From Betaproteobacteria bacterium (GTDB lineage: Bacteria; Pseudomonadota; Gammaproteobacteria; Burkholderiales; Burkholderiaceae_C): 64,000 nucleotides of DNA. A program made the position numbers and the translations under genes. Shown piece by piece: positions 42,064 through 50,832 of the stretch (the stretch's first letter is position 1; every line of letters starts with the position of its first letter). The DNA is taken from NCBI GenBank assembly GCA_028870715.1, contig JAGWOZ010000001.1:18216-82215 (forward strand), given 5' to 3'. Under the pieces are notes generated by a model, which was given only the letters and a program-made list of their open reading frames with translations, had not been told where the DNA came from and did not search any database.

Positions 42064-42558
42064 ATGATGGCATCAATCATGCAATCCGCCCGCCGCCACG
42101 CACGAGCCACGCAGGCATCCTTGAAAAGGGATCACCGCGTGTTTGCCACGCCCTTGGTTGTGGCCATCGCCATGCTCACGGCTGTGCTGGCATGGGCCTC
42201 GTGGTGTGCGGCGGATCATCAGCCTATTGTTTTGCCTGCCTGGGCACCAGGCCTGGTGTTCTGGCTCATTCTTGGGGTCGCGGGTTTTTTCATGCCGATG
42301 GTCACCCGAATGCAGCAGTTAAGGCTGGATGAAATTAAGAATCTCAAGGCGGCCTTGGCCGAACTTGAAAGCGCCTTGCGGGAGGCGATGGAGCGTGGTG
42401 CAGATGCCTCCACACCCCGCCTGGGAAATGATCTCGCGCGAGGACTGACCTCATTCCTCGCGCTTCCCTCGCCCGTGCGGGCTGGGATTCAGCATGTCTG
42501 CCTCACCCCCCGAATCCTGGCGCAACGCCCCTCTTGCCCCCGCGTTCCGCGCGGGTGA
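42064..42558 (+). CDS. Hypothetical membrane protein
   Basis: Two TM segments and a short coiled coil; start uncertain. Confidence 0.45.
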   Translation: MMASIMQSARRHARATQASLKRDHRVFATPLVVAIAMLTAVLAWASWCAADHQPIVLPAWAPGLVFWLILGVAGFFMPMVTRMQQLRLDEIKNLKAALAELESALREAMERGADASTPRLGNDLARGLTSFLALPSPVRAGIQHVCLTPRILAQRPSCPRVPRG

Positions 42559-42648
42559 TCTCTTGGTTTAGAGAAAGTCAGCCCGCCATCCCCGCGCGGC
42601 CGACCAAGCATCCCCCTCCCGGCGAGGCTGCACCACAGAGGTGCAGAG

Positions 42649-43044
42649 ATGCAAGCACAAACACAGATTCAAACCCGCGCCCCAGGGCGTCCTGGCCGCC
42701 CTGTCGGCTCCCGCAACACACCGCCAAACGGCATGCTTGATGTCCATGGGCTGACCGGGGTGCTCGGTCTATCCGCGGCGACCATCCGCCGCTACGCGGC
42801 CATCGCGCCCTGGAAGCTGCCGCCGCGCATGAACATCCCCGGCCGGTTGCTTTGGTCGGTCAACGTGGTAGAGGACTGGCTGGCCCAGCGCACACCGGAG
42901 CTGCCGACTCCCCCGATGGACACGGCTCCGGTGCCTTCGCGAGGCATCGATCTATCCACCGCTTTCGGCATCACAGTCGCAGCGCCCGTCCCTGCCAAGG
43001 CGCCGGGCCGTGGGCGGCCGCGCGGCAGCAAGTCGGTCAAGTGA
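42649..43044 (+). CDS. AlpA/excisionase-like HTH protein with AT-hook-like motifs
   Basis: LDV..L..VLGLSAATIR..LPP..GRLLW..VEDWL; GRP motifs at both ends. Confidence 0.7.
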   Translation: MQAQTQIQTRAPGRPGRPVGSRNTPPNGMLDVHGLTGVLGLSAATIRRYAAIAPWKLPPRMNIPGRLLWSVNVVEDWLAQRTPELPTPPMDTAPVPSRGIDLSTAFGITVAAPVPAKAPGRGRPRGSKSVK

Positions 43045-43151
43045 GGTCAACCATGCCCATCGCCACCCAGGCGGTGGGCGTGGCTGTTGCCACGCCTGCC
43101 GCATCGCGTTTTGCCTCCCCCGCGCATATCCCCCTTATCCAAGGGGGAAAC

Positions 43152-45887
43152 ATGCAAGTCAAGCAAACTGCCGCCACCCGCAATGCGCCGGCCCGTGCCG
43201 CCATGGCGCGGGTCATGCAAGATTATTTTGAACGGCATCGCGGGCACGTCGATGCCGCCGATGCTGCGCGTGCTGAAAACAGGCAGCGCGCCGCCGGACA
43301 GCCCAAAATCCCCATGCCCTCGCCCCTGCCGCCTTTGGGCCTGGCCGCCACAGTCGGTCTGGGCAAGAGCCAAGGCGTGCAAGCCGTCGCCGAGGCGGCC
43401 TACACAAAGGGCCTGCCGGTCCTCATTCTTGTGCCAACCCATGATCTGGCGCAGCCCTACTTTAATCAGCTTCAGCACTTGGGCGATGCCGTGAAGGTTT
43501 ACCAGGGCCGCCGCGCGCCTGGGGACGACCCTGCGAATCCTGGCTCGCATGCCTGCTATCAGGTCGAACCGGTGGCGATCGCGGGCGACATGAACCATCG
43601 GCCTGCGCAGAGCCTGTGCAAGAAATGCGCGCACGGGGCATCCGCGGTGATCCATTTTGTCACGCGCGATCAAATGCGCATCCAGCGCGCCCAGGACTTG
43701 CTGAAAAGCTATGGCCTGCGCGAACAGGACGTGCCGCCGTGCCAGTTTTTATTCAAGGGCTTGCCCGATCAGATGGCCGCGCAGATTGTGATCGCGCCCA
43801 TCCAAGCCTTTAGCGAGGCGCTGGCGACCTGGAGGGAGGTTGAGCCTGAAAGCGGATTTGCGTTGCGCGAAACGCAGCGCTTGGTCATCGTTGATGAGCA
43901 CATTCCGCTGTCCAAGGAAGTGCCGATCCACAGCGCCGACGTGGCCGGCTGGCGGCGTCGGCTGGGTGGTTTGCAGGACTCCCTGCGTGATCGCTCGGCA
44001 GGGATCGAGCGCAAGGGTGAACTGACCGAAGATGAGCAAGCCGATCTTGAGAAGATCAAGGCCCTGCACGACCTGCTGCCACAGATTGACCATGCCTTCG
44101 CTGAGCTTGGCGCCGCGATCGCACTGGACAGACTGCCCGGCCAGGCGCTCTCCGAAACCCTGATCGGCCTGCACAAACAGGCCGGCAAGCTGGGCGGTGT
44201 CGTGGGCGGCACGGCAGCGTGGGAGCGTATCGGATTCGACGCCGAGGCCAACGAATTTCACATTCCGCTGCGTGCGCTGGGAACCCTGGCAAACAACCTC
44301 TTGCAAGGCACGCTGCGAGTTGGTGGCGAGGATGACGAGGAAAAAGCCTGTTTGTTCGCGTACGAAACCTCGCCCATCGTCGAGTGGGCGCGGGGCATGG
44401 GCAGCACGGTGTTCATGGATGCCACGATGGGGGATGACATGCAGGAATTCATCACGAAGGCTGGCGGCTGGATTCACCACGCCGGCGCGGAGCAGAACAT
44501 GCGCGTCACACGGCGCACCGGAAGGCTGTATGCCCGTGGCGACGTGCGCAAAACGGAAGAGTATCTTGAGATCGCCAAAGCCCGTATGACCGAGATCGCC
44601 CAGATCGCCCAGAGCTTGAGTCGGCCGGCGGCGATCATCACACACAAGGCCTATCTGAAATACTCGGCGGAAGCCTGGCGCACCGACGACGCTGCAGATG
44701 ATGTCGCGCATGAGTTTCAACTGAAAACCGGCGTCGGCATCGGCTGGTTCGGCAAGCACGATCGGGGACTGAACATCTGGTCTGGACATCACATCGCGCT
44801 GGTGGGCATGCCGCTGCTATCCAAGGCTGCCATTGCCGGGCTCTATGCCGCCACTCGCAACGCCATGGTCGACGTCGGGCTGGGCGACCAGTGGCCGGTA
44901 TGGGATGGGGTGATGGACAAGGAAAAGCCTGACGCCGATGGCCCGCCGCTGCCACTCATGCCGGGCGTGCGTGCCTGGCTGATGGACACCTACGCCCAGG
45001 GGGTGGCGCAAGCCATCGGCCGAAACCGGGCGGTCAACCACGACGGCGAACCACTGCAAGTCGATTTGTGGGGTGGCATCCAGACTGACGAGATGGATCG
45101 CGCGCTGCTGAAGTACGGCATCACCATCCACGACCGACAACTCAACCCGATGAGCAAGACCGGGCCGAAGCCCGATGAAGGCGCTGTGCAGGAGGCCATC
45201 GACATGATCCTCGCCGCCGGCGGGAGAGTGAGTGAAAGGGCGGTGCGACAGGCGCTGGTCGGGATGCGCAAAAAGGCATCCAACCAGGCAATCCGCGACT
45301 ATCTGCGCAACATGCGCGACGCGGGGACCATCCCGGCTGCCCTGCGCGTCAGTCGCGGCGAGGACGCGCCCGCAACCCCACAAGAATCGCTCAAGATCGT
45401 TCAATCCGAGTCGGTTGAGTCATTGCCCTGCGCGATTGAAATCGTCGATTCTGACCCAGTGGAAGACCAAAGCAAAAGTCAAGACCAAGGCACCCCGCTT
45501 CGCGGGCGCGAAAGGCAGGGGCAAGAGGAAGGGTCGGGCGGTGGCGTTGATGCGGCTGCGGTGACTGAGCCCATTTCCTTGCCCCTGCCTTTGCCCTTGT
45601 CCTCGACTGCGCCGAATTCTCATAAAGAACATAGGAAGTATTGGGAACTCGGCGCAGTCGCCGCAGATGCGTGTGATGCCGAGCCGATCGACGCGGACGA
45701 CGACCCGGCATTTGAAGACTGGCTGGAGAGCATGGTGCTGCAAGTCGCCGCGGACATCGAGGCCGATCTGGCTGCGGAAGCCGCCGCGGAGGCTGAAGCT
45801 GCGTGCGGCTCAGGCGGCCCGCAAGGGCGGCGCAAGCACGATTGCCCCCTGGCGAGCATAACCGAGTGTGAGCACGGCGCGGGATGA
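43152..45887 (+). CDS. Large P-loop helicase-like protein, possibly replication-related
   Basis: TVGLGKS, ILVPTHDLA, Cys cluster (C..CKKC..C), IVDEH, MDAT, QAIGRNR, HTH-like C-terminal region; start chosen from the RBS and upstream motif. Confidence 0.55.
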   Translation: MQVKQTAATRNAPARAAMARVMQDYFERHRGHVDAADAARAENRQRAAGQPKIPMPSPLPPLGLAATVGLGKSQGVQAVAEAAYTKGLPVLILVPTHDLAQPYFNQLQHLGDAVKVYQGRRAPGDDPANPGSHACYQVEPVAIAGDMNHRPAQSLCKKCAHGASAVIHFVTRDQMRIQRAQDLLKSYGLREQDVPPCQFLFKGLPDQMAAQIVIAPIQAFSEALATWREVEPESGFALRETQRLVIVDEHIPLSKEVPIHSADVAGWRRRLGGLQDSLRDRSAGIERKGELTEDEQADLEKIKALHDLLPQIDHAFAELGAAIALDRLPGQALSETLIGLHKQAGKLGGVVGGTAAWERIGFDAEANEFHIPLRALGTLANNLLQGTLRVGGEDDEEKACLFAYETSPIVEWARGMGSTVFMDATMGDDMQEFITKAGGWIHHAGAEQNMRVTRRTGRLYARGDVRKTEEYLEIAKARMTEIAQIAQSLSRPAAIITHKAYLKYSAEAWRTDDAADDVAHEFQLKTGVGIGWFGKHDRGLNIWSGHHIALVGMPLLSKAAIAGLYAATRNAMVDVGLGDQWPVWDGVMDKEKPDADGPPLPLMPGVRAWLMDTYAQGVAQAIGRNRAVNHDGEPLQVDLWGGIQTDEMDRALLKYGITIHDRQLNPMSKTGPKPDEGAVQEAIDMILAAGGRVSERAVRQALVGMRKKASNQAIRDYLRNMRDAGTIPAALRVSRGEDAPATPQESLKIVQSESVESLPCAIEIVDSDPVEDQSKSQDQGTPLRGRERQGQEEGSGGGVDAAAVTEPISLPLPLPLSSTAPNSHKEHRKYWELGAVAADACDAEPIDADDDPAFEDWLESMVLQVAADIEADLAAEAAAEAEAACGSGGPQGRRKHDCPLASITECEHGAG

Positions 45888-45928
45888 CCGCGCAAGCCAT
45901 CCAATCAACCCAGCGCAAGGAGTCCGCC

Positions 45929-46366
45929 ATGCCGTTTGGCAAACGCAAGCCCAAGGCCCAGAAGCCGGTCAACGAGAAGGAGCTGACAGTGGCCAAGCAG
46001 CGCAACGCGCAGGTGCGGCGCGCTGGGCTGCGGCCGTTCCTTTCGCCAGGCTGGATCGATCCCCGCACGCAACCCATCATCGACGAGATGCTGGCAGAGA
46101 TGCGGGGACGTTACAGACTTCACGATGTTCTTTTCTTCCTGCGCGAGCCGATGCTGGCCGAGCCGAAATACCTGGTCGCCGCCTGGCGGAGCGGCAAGGG
46201 CGATCCTTGCCTGATGAAGCTGGTCGAGACGCCAGAAGAAGCCCTGCACGAGATGCAGCAGGTCTGGCGTGAGGTTGTGTTGGAAAGCTATTGCGGAGGC
46301 GATGACGACGACGCATGGGGCCGCGATCGCGGGTCATGGGGGTCGCCCTGGGACGTGGTTTGGTGA
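45929..46366 (+). CDS. Hypothetical protein
   Basis: AAGGAG RBS, followed by a terminator. Confidence 0.55.
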   Translation: MPFGKRKPKAQKPVNEKELTVAKQRNAQVRRAGLRPFLSPGWIDPRTQPIIDEMLAEMRGRYRLHDVLFFLREPMLAEPKYLVAAWRSGKGDPCLMKLVETPEEALHEMQQVWREVVLESYCGGDDDDAWGRDRGSWGSPWDVVW

Positions 46367-46390
46367 GGCGCCTGGATCACCCTATTTGCA

Positions 46391-46416
46391 GCCCGCCGAA
46401 ATGCGGGCATTTTTTT
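46391..46416 (+). terminator. Intrinsic terminator
   Basis: GCCCGC-cgaaat-GCGGGC plus T7. Confidence 0.7.
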
Positions 46417-46607
46417 GCGTTGTTGATAACAAGAGTTATCTTCAACGGGGAGTCGAATTTCTCGCGCGTGATTCCAAGCCTGCATCAATTCCCTGCGCGT
46501 TGATCAGCTATCGAATACAGGCGGCGCTGTGCGAGGGCTTCCGCGTGCACTTTGGCTCCAACCGAATAGGTACGGACGACTTCGTTTGGTAAGACTGAGG
46601 ACCAAGC

Positions 46608-47294
46608 CTAAAGAGAGCTGAAAACCAAGCCCAAGATGAGCAAGAACACGCCTGCCGCGTCGATATGCAGGCCGCCAGCGCCGAACTTGTCCAGGCGTTC
46701 ATCTATGGCGCGAGCAGCCTCTCTTCTTGCCTGTTGTTCTTGCCGAATTGCCTCGGTGCGCTCCCCCCGTTCAGCCGCGACCAACTGGTTAAGTCTGGAC
46801 TGCTCATCGCGAAGTCTGGTGAAATTTGACTCGATCGCCTCGAGCCTAGCTTCAAGTGAATCACCCGGTTGAGCTTCTTTCCAAACAGTGAGAATCGCCG
46901 CTGAACCCATAACCCCGAGGGTTGAACTGCCATGCGCGTAATTTATTTGCGTTGACTGTTTCCACAGGGGACGCCGACTAAAGCCATGGGCTAACTTCGT
47001 CTTGAGCCCTCGTCGGCCAAAGAGTTTCTGGCGCTCGAACAACCCCCAAGCAACCGCGAGCGTTCCAAAGATTTGAAGCGCCGCGCCTGAGTGGTGCAGT
47101 CCGTCGGCGATGGTGCCCGAGGATAGGATGCCAAAGAGGACGGTAAAGGCGGCCAATACAGGCGGCGCCAACACCTGGCGCAAATCAGGGTCAAGCGCCA
47201 TCCACCTGACTAGGCTTACTAGGTATTTGACGATGCGAATCATCGTGAGAGATGTAGTGCTGGCAAGCGGAAACAATTCCAAGATTGCAGCCAC
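46608..47294 (-). CDS. Hypothetical membrane protein with coiled coil (cargo gene B)
   Basis: TM segments at both ends, central coiled coil, AT-richer than the backbone. Confidence 0.55.
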   Translation of the reverse strand: MAAILELFPLASTTSLTMIRIVKYLVSLVRWMALDPDLRQVLAPPVLAAFTVLFGILSSGTIADGLHHSGAALQIFGTLAVAWGLFERQKLFGRRGLKTKLAHGFSRRPLWKQSTQINYAHGSSTLGVMGSAAILTVWKEAQPGDSLEARLEAIESNFTRLRDEQSRLNQLVAAERGERTEAIRQEQQARREAARAIDERLDKFGAGGLHIDAAGVFLLILGLVFSSL

Positions 47295-47323
47295 GCGAGT
47301 CCTGCTGTCTGAATTTTATCGAC

Positions 47324-47389
47324 TTACGCACGCAGCGGGATGACCTCAGCCCCAGCCTTGAGCTTGCCCAAATAGTCCGCCCAGGCCGC
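47324..47389 (-). pseudogene. Isolated integrase 3'-end fragment AAWADYLGKLKAGAEVIPLRA*
   Basis: Hand translation closely matches the C-terminus SWADYLDKLKAGADVMKLRA* of the integrase at 49554-50804. Confidence 0.8.
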
Positions 47390-47517
47390 GGGGACCGGGG
47401 TTTGGAGATGGGTCTTTGACATCCCTGCCGTCACCCACCTCCAGTAGAAAGCGCGGCCGAAGTTGGGCTATGCCCTAGATTTCGAATGTGCGGTGGCTAT
47501 GGGGTTGTTTTGAGAGC

Positions 47518-47901
47518 TCAGACCAAATTCCATCGAGCTTCGATTGCAGCAATTTCATGCTTATAGGATTCGAGCGGCAGCGGCAAGAATGTGCCCATCT
47601 TTACATAGAACGATCGCGTGTAGGCAGCCTGCTTCAACTCATCCGGCAAATGAGGCTCAAGTGTTATGTATTCCGGGTGATGCTGAAGCATAGAACGCAG
47701 GTCCCCACCATCGGACCGCAGCTTGTCTGAAATTTCAATGAGCATTGATCGCCATCGCTTAATCTGCGCGCGTCTCTGCTCATCCCGCCGCTTACGCTCG
47801 TCAAGATGGAATCGAACATATGGCGCAACGATGGCCGACATCGCACCGCCAACGATGGCAGAACAAAAGGACACGATAGCAACAAGGATTGTCTGGTTCA
47901 A
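47518..47901 (-). CDS. Hypothetical protein with N-terminal TM (cargo gene A)
   Basis: TTG start after GAGGTG RBS, N-terminal hydrophobic helix, AT-richer. Confidence 0.6.
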   Translation of the reverse strand: MNQTILVAIVSFCSAIVGGAMSAIVAPYVRFHLDERKRRDEQRRAQIKRWRSMLIEISDKLRSDGGDLRSMLQHHPEYITLEPHLPDELKQAAYTRSFYVKMGTFLPLPLESYKHEIAAIEARWNLV

Positions 47902-47938
47902 ATTTCACCTCGGTTTCATTCTGCGGTCGCCCGGCTTT

Positions 47939-49189
47939 TTAGCCTCCGATCTTGGCATCCTCCACCAGATCTGTCCCGAATTTGAGCTTATCCATATAGT
48001 CCGCCCACTTCTGCATCAGCTCCCGCCGTTTTTCCAGCAGATCGCCGCGCCGGTAGGCCGCCTCGACCTGATTGCCGATGGTGTGCGCCAGCGCCATCTC
48101 AACGACCTCTGAATTGAAGCTAGTGTTCTCCGCTGCCCAGTCGCGAAAGCTCGACCGGAACCCGTGCACCGTCAGCCCTGGGCGCATCCCGCGCAGCAGC
48201 ATCAGCATCGCCCATTGGCTAATTGTGCCGCCCTGCCCCGCTTTGCTTCGGCCCCAAAATACTGCGTCGCTGCCTTCCGTGCGCGGTATCGCCTCCAGCA
48301 GGGTCACCGCCTGCCTGGGCAGCGGCACCCGGTGTTCGCTATGCGCCTTCATGCGGATCGCTGGAACGGCCCACAGCGCCGCATCAAGATCAAATTCAGG
48401 CCATCGCGCGCCGATCACTTCGCTCGTGCGGCATGCCGTCAGGATGGTGAGTTGCAGAGCCCAGGCGCTCATGTTCGATCGCTCCCGCAGCTCCGACATG
48501 AACGCTGGCACGTCGCGCCAGACCATGGCCGCGTGATGCTCGACACGCCGCCGCTTGCTGATCGTCGGCAACAAGGCGTCGAGATGGCCGCGCCAGGCCG
48601 CAGGGTTCTCACCAGCGCGCAGGCCCCGCGCTTTCGCCGCTGCCAGGACCGCCTCGATGCGCTGGCGCACCCGCGTTGCCGTCTCGGTCTTGACGCTCCA
48701 AATTGGGCTGAGAGCGGCCAACACGTCATCGGTCGTGACATCGACAACGGCCTTGTCGCCGAATTTCGGGAAGGCATAGGTGCGCAGACTTGAAATCCAA
48801 TCATCGCCATGCTTGCCGCCGTTTTCGCCCTTCCAGCCTGCCCGTAGGGACTCACAGAGCGCTTCGGCCACATCACGGAATGTCTCGACCTTTGGCTCCG
48901 GGACTTCGGTTTCATTCCCATTTACGGAATCGAATGCGGAAAAATCACCGCGCTTGATCTGCATGCGCAATTCGGCGGCCTTGAGCGTCGCGTCCGCCAG
49001 TGGCAGCGTTTCATAAAGGCCAAAACTTATGCTGCGTTCAGCCCCTCGAACGGATGCCCGGAACAGCCACAGCGCCGACCCGCCACGCACGCGAAGGTAC
49101 AAACCTGGCGCCACGCGATGCTTTCCCTCGGTGCGTGACAGCTTTTTGACCTGCGCAGCGTTCAGGCTCTCGTTGAGCTTTGCTTTCAT
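47939..49189 (-). CDS. P4-like tyrosine integrase (int1)
   Basis: Arm-binding GLYLRV, LTACRTSE, RMK, HGFRSSFRDW, LAH, AYRRGDLL. Confidence 0.93.
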   Translation of the reverse strand: MKAKLNESLNAAQVKKLSRTEGKHRVAPGLYLRVRGGSALWLFRASVRGAERSISFGLYETLPLADATLKAAELRMQIKRGDFSAFDSVNGNETEVPEPKVETFRDVAEALCESLRAGWKGENGGKHGDDWISSLRTYAFPKFGDKAVVDVTTDDVLAALSPIWSVKTETATRVRQRIEAVLAAAKARGLRAGENPAAWRGHLDALLPTISKRRRVEHHAAMVWRDVPAFMSELRERSNMSAWALQLTILTACRTSEVIGARWPEFDLDAALWAVPAIRMKAHSEHRVPLPRQAVTLLEAIPRTEGSDAVFWGRSKAGQGGTISQWAMLMLLRGMRPGLTVHGFRSSFRDWAAENTSFNSEVVEMALAHTIGNQVEAAYRRGDLLEKRRELMQKWADYMDKLKFGTDLVEDAKIGG

Positions 49190-49341
49190 ACGTCGGTCCC
49201 AAAAAAGGACACAACTTTACGCGAGACAACGTGACACAACAAGACGCATCAAAGCCTGATGAATCCAAGTAAGTTATTGATTTTTTGTTGATTATTCAAT
49301 CGATATGACACGCCAAGAAGCGCACGGAAACAACAATGTCG

Positions 49342-49359
49342 TTCCCCCCGGCTCCACCA
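49342..49359 (+). other. att core resembling the 3' end of tmRNA/tRNA (TTCCCCCCGGCTCCACCA)
   Basis: CTCCACCA end with part of a T-arm, no upstream RNA gene body; lies between two integrases; nearby repeats TGCCAGTAA at 49361 (inverted), 49495 and 49514. Confidence 0.65.
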
Positions 49360-49381
49360 CTTACTGGCATTTTTAGCCACC

Positions 49382-49410
49382 AAGCCATCGTTCTGATGGC
49401 TTTTTCTTTT
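49382..49410 (+). terminator. Intrinsic terminator after the att core
   Basis: AAGCCATC-gttct-GATGGCTT plus T run. Confidence 0.7.
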
Positions 49411-49553
49411 TGTGCTGCGCGCACTTGCGCTGTGCAGTTGGATGCACAAGATAGCAGGAGTTGCGGCGTGTTGCCGCTACTATTCTGCCCATCGTGCCAG
49501 TAACTTGCAGCCGTGCCAGTAACAGCCCGGCGAGCCTGGCAGGGGGCTTTGAA

Positions 49554-50804
49554 ATGGCGGGGATGCACCTTCTGACCGATAGGGAGATCAAGGCGGCGGC
49601 GCCGAGGGAGAAGCCATGGCGGTTGTCCGATGGTGCGGGGCTGTACCTTCTCGTTCGCCCCAGCGGTGAGAAGTGGTGGCGGTTCGACTATCGGCACGCT
49701 GGCAAGGACAGGACCTTGAGCATGGGCATCTACCCTGCCACATCGCTGAAAGCGGCTCGCGAGCGGGTTGCAGAGGCTCGCGACCTGGTGGCGCAGGGCA
49801 TCGATCCAAGCGCTGCGCGCGCCAGATCGAAGGCGGCCGCGCTGGTGAATCCTGACGGCCTCGCAGTCGGCAGCTTTGAGGCAGTAGCGCGAGACTGGCT
49901 CAAGCGGGTGCATGAACCGAAGGTGAGCGCCGGGCATGCGGAGAGAACACGGCTGCGGCTGGAGCAGAACCTGTTCCCCTGGCTGGGTGCGCGGCCTATT
50001 GCCCTCATCAAAGCGCCGGAGCTGCTGGAGTGTCTGCGCCGTGTCGCAGATCGCGGGGCATTGGAGACTGCGCATCGCGTCAAGCAGGCGGCAGGACAGG
50101 TCTTCAGATATGGCATCGCCACTGGGGTATGCGAGAGAGACGTAACGGCAGATTTGCGAGACGCGCTACCTCCCGCCATCGTTGAACACCACCCTGCGGT
50201 CATCGAGCCGGTGGATTTTGGGGGCATGCTGCGGGCGATCGATGCCTATCCTGGTTATCTGGTCGTGCGCTCCGCGCTCCAGTTATCGGCGCTGGTGTTT
50301 CTTCGGCCCGGCGAGCTGCGACATGCACGCTGGGCAGAAATCGATCTGGAGGGCGGGATGTGGACCATCCCATCCGACAGAATGAAGAGAACCAAGCAGG
50401 AAAAGATCAGCGGCCAGCCGCACCTAGTGCCACTGGCACCGCAGGCTGTCAAGATTTTCAAAGAGCTGCAGCCCCTCACGGGGCGAAGCGAATTTGTGTT
50501 CCCGTCGCCTCGCAGCTATCACCGGCCGATTTCTGATGTCGCGCTGGGTGCGGCTCTGAAGCGTATGGGATTTGAGGCCACTGCGCACGGATTCCGAGCG
50601 TCGGCCCGCACCATGCTGGCCGAAAGGCTGGGGGTGCAAGATCGGATCATCGAGGCGCAGCTTGCGCATTCCGTGCCAGATGCGCTGGGCCGCGCTTACA
50701 ACAGGACTGAATTTGTTGAGCAGCGGCGGGCCATGATGCAGAGCTGGGCGGACTACCTAGACAAGCTCAAGGCCGGGGCGGATGTGATGAAACTGCGGGC
50801 TTGA
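49554..50804 (+). CDS. P4-like tyrosine integrase (int2)
   Basis: LSDGAGLYL..SMGIYP, LRPGELR, RMK, HGFRASART, QLAH, AYNR. Confidence 0.94.
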   Translation: MAGMHLLTDREIKAAAPREKPWRLSDGAGLYLLVRPSGEKWWRFDYRHAGKDRTLSMGIYPATSLKAARERVAEARDLVAQGIDPSAARARSKAAALVNPDGLAVGSFEAVARDWLKRVHEPKVSAGHAERTRLRLEQNLFPWLGARPIALIKAPELLECLRRVADRGALETAHRVKQAAGQVFRYGIATGVCERDVTADLRDALPPAIVEHHPAVIEPVDFGGMLRAIDAYPGYLVVRSALQLSALVFLRPGELRHARWAEIDLEGGMWTIPSDRMKRTKQEKISGQPHLVPLAPQAVKIFKELQPLTGRSEFVFPSPRSYHRPISDVALGAALKRMGFEATAHGFRASARTMLAERLGVQDRIIEAQLAHSVPDALGRAYNRTEFVEQRRAMMQSWADYLDKLKAGADVMKLRA

Positions 50805-50832
50805 CCACACCCATGAAAGAGCTGGCCTTTTT

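Noticed and set aside
42450-42640. Structured RNA leader upstream of alpA
   Set aside because: GC-rich hairpins are possible but I could not define a convincing structure without covariance analysis
47400-47517. Integron attC site (GCCCAAC on the minus strand at 47462-47468)
   Set aside because: No matching GTTRRRY arm or L boxes found, and neither integrase is IntI-like
49300-49360. Complete tRNA or tmRNA gene
   Set aside because: Only the last ~18 nt resemble an RNA 3' end; upstream sequence gives no acceptor-stem partner or cloverleaf
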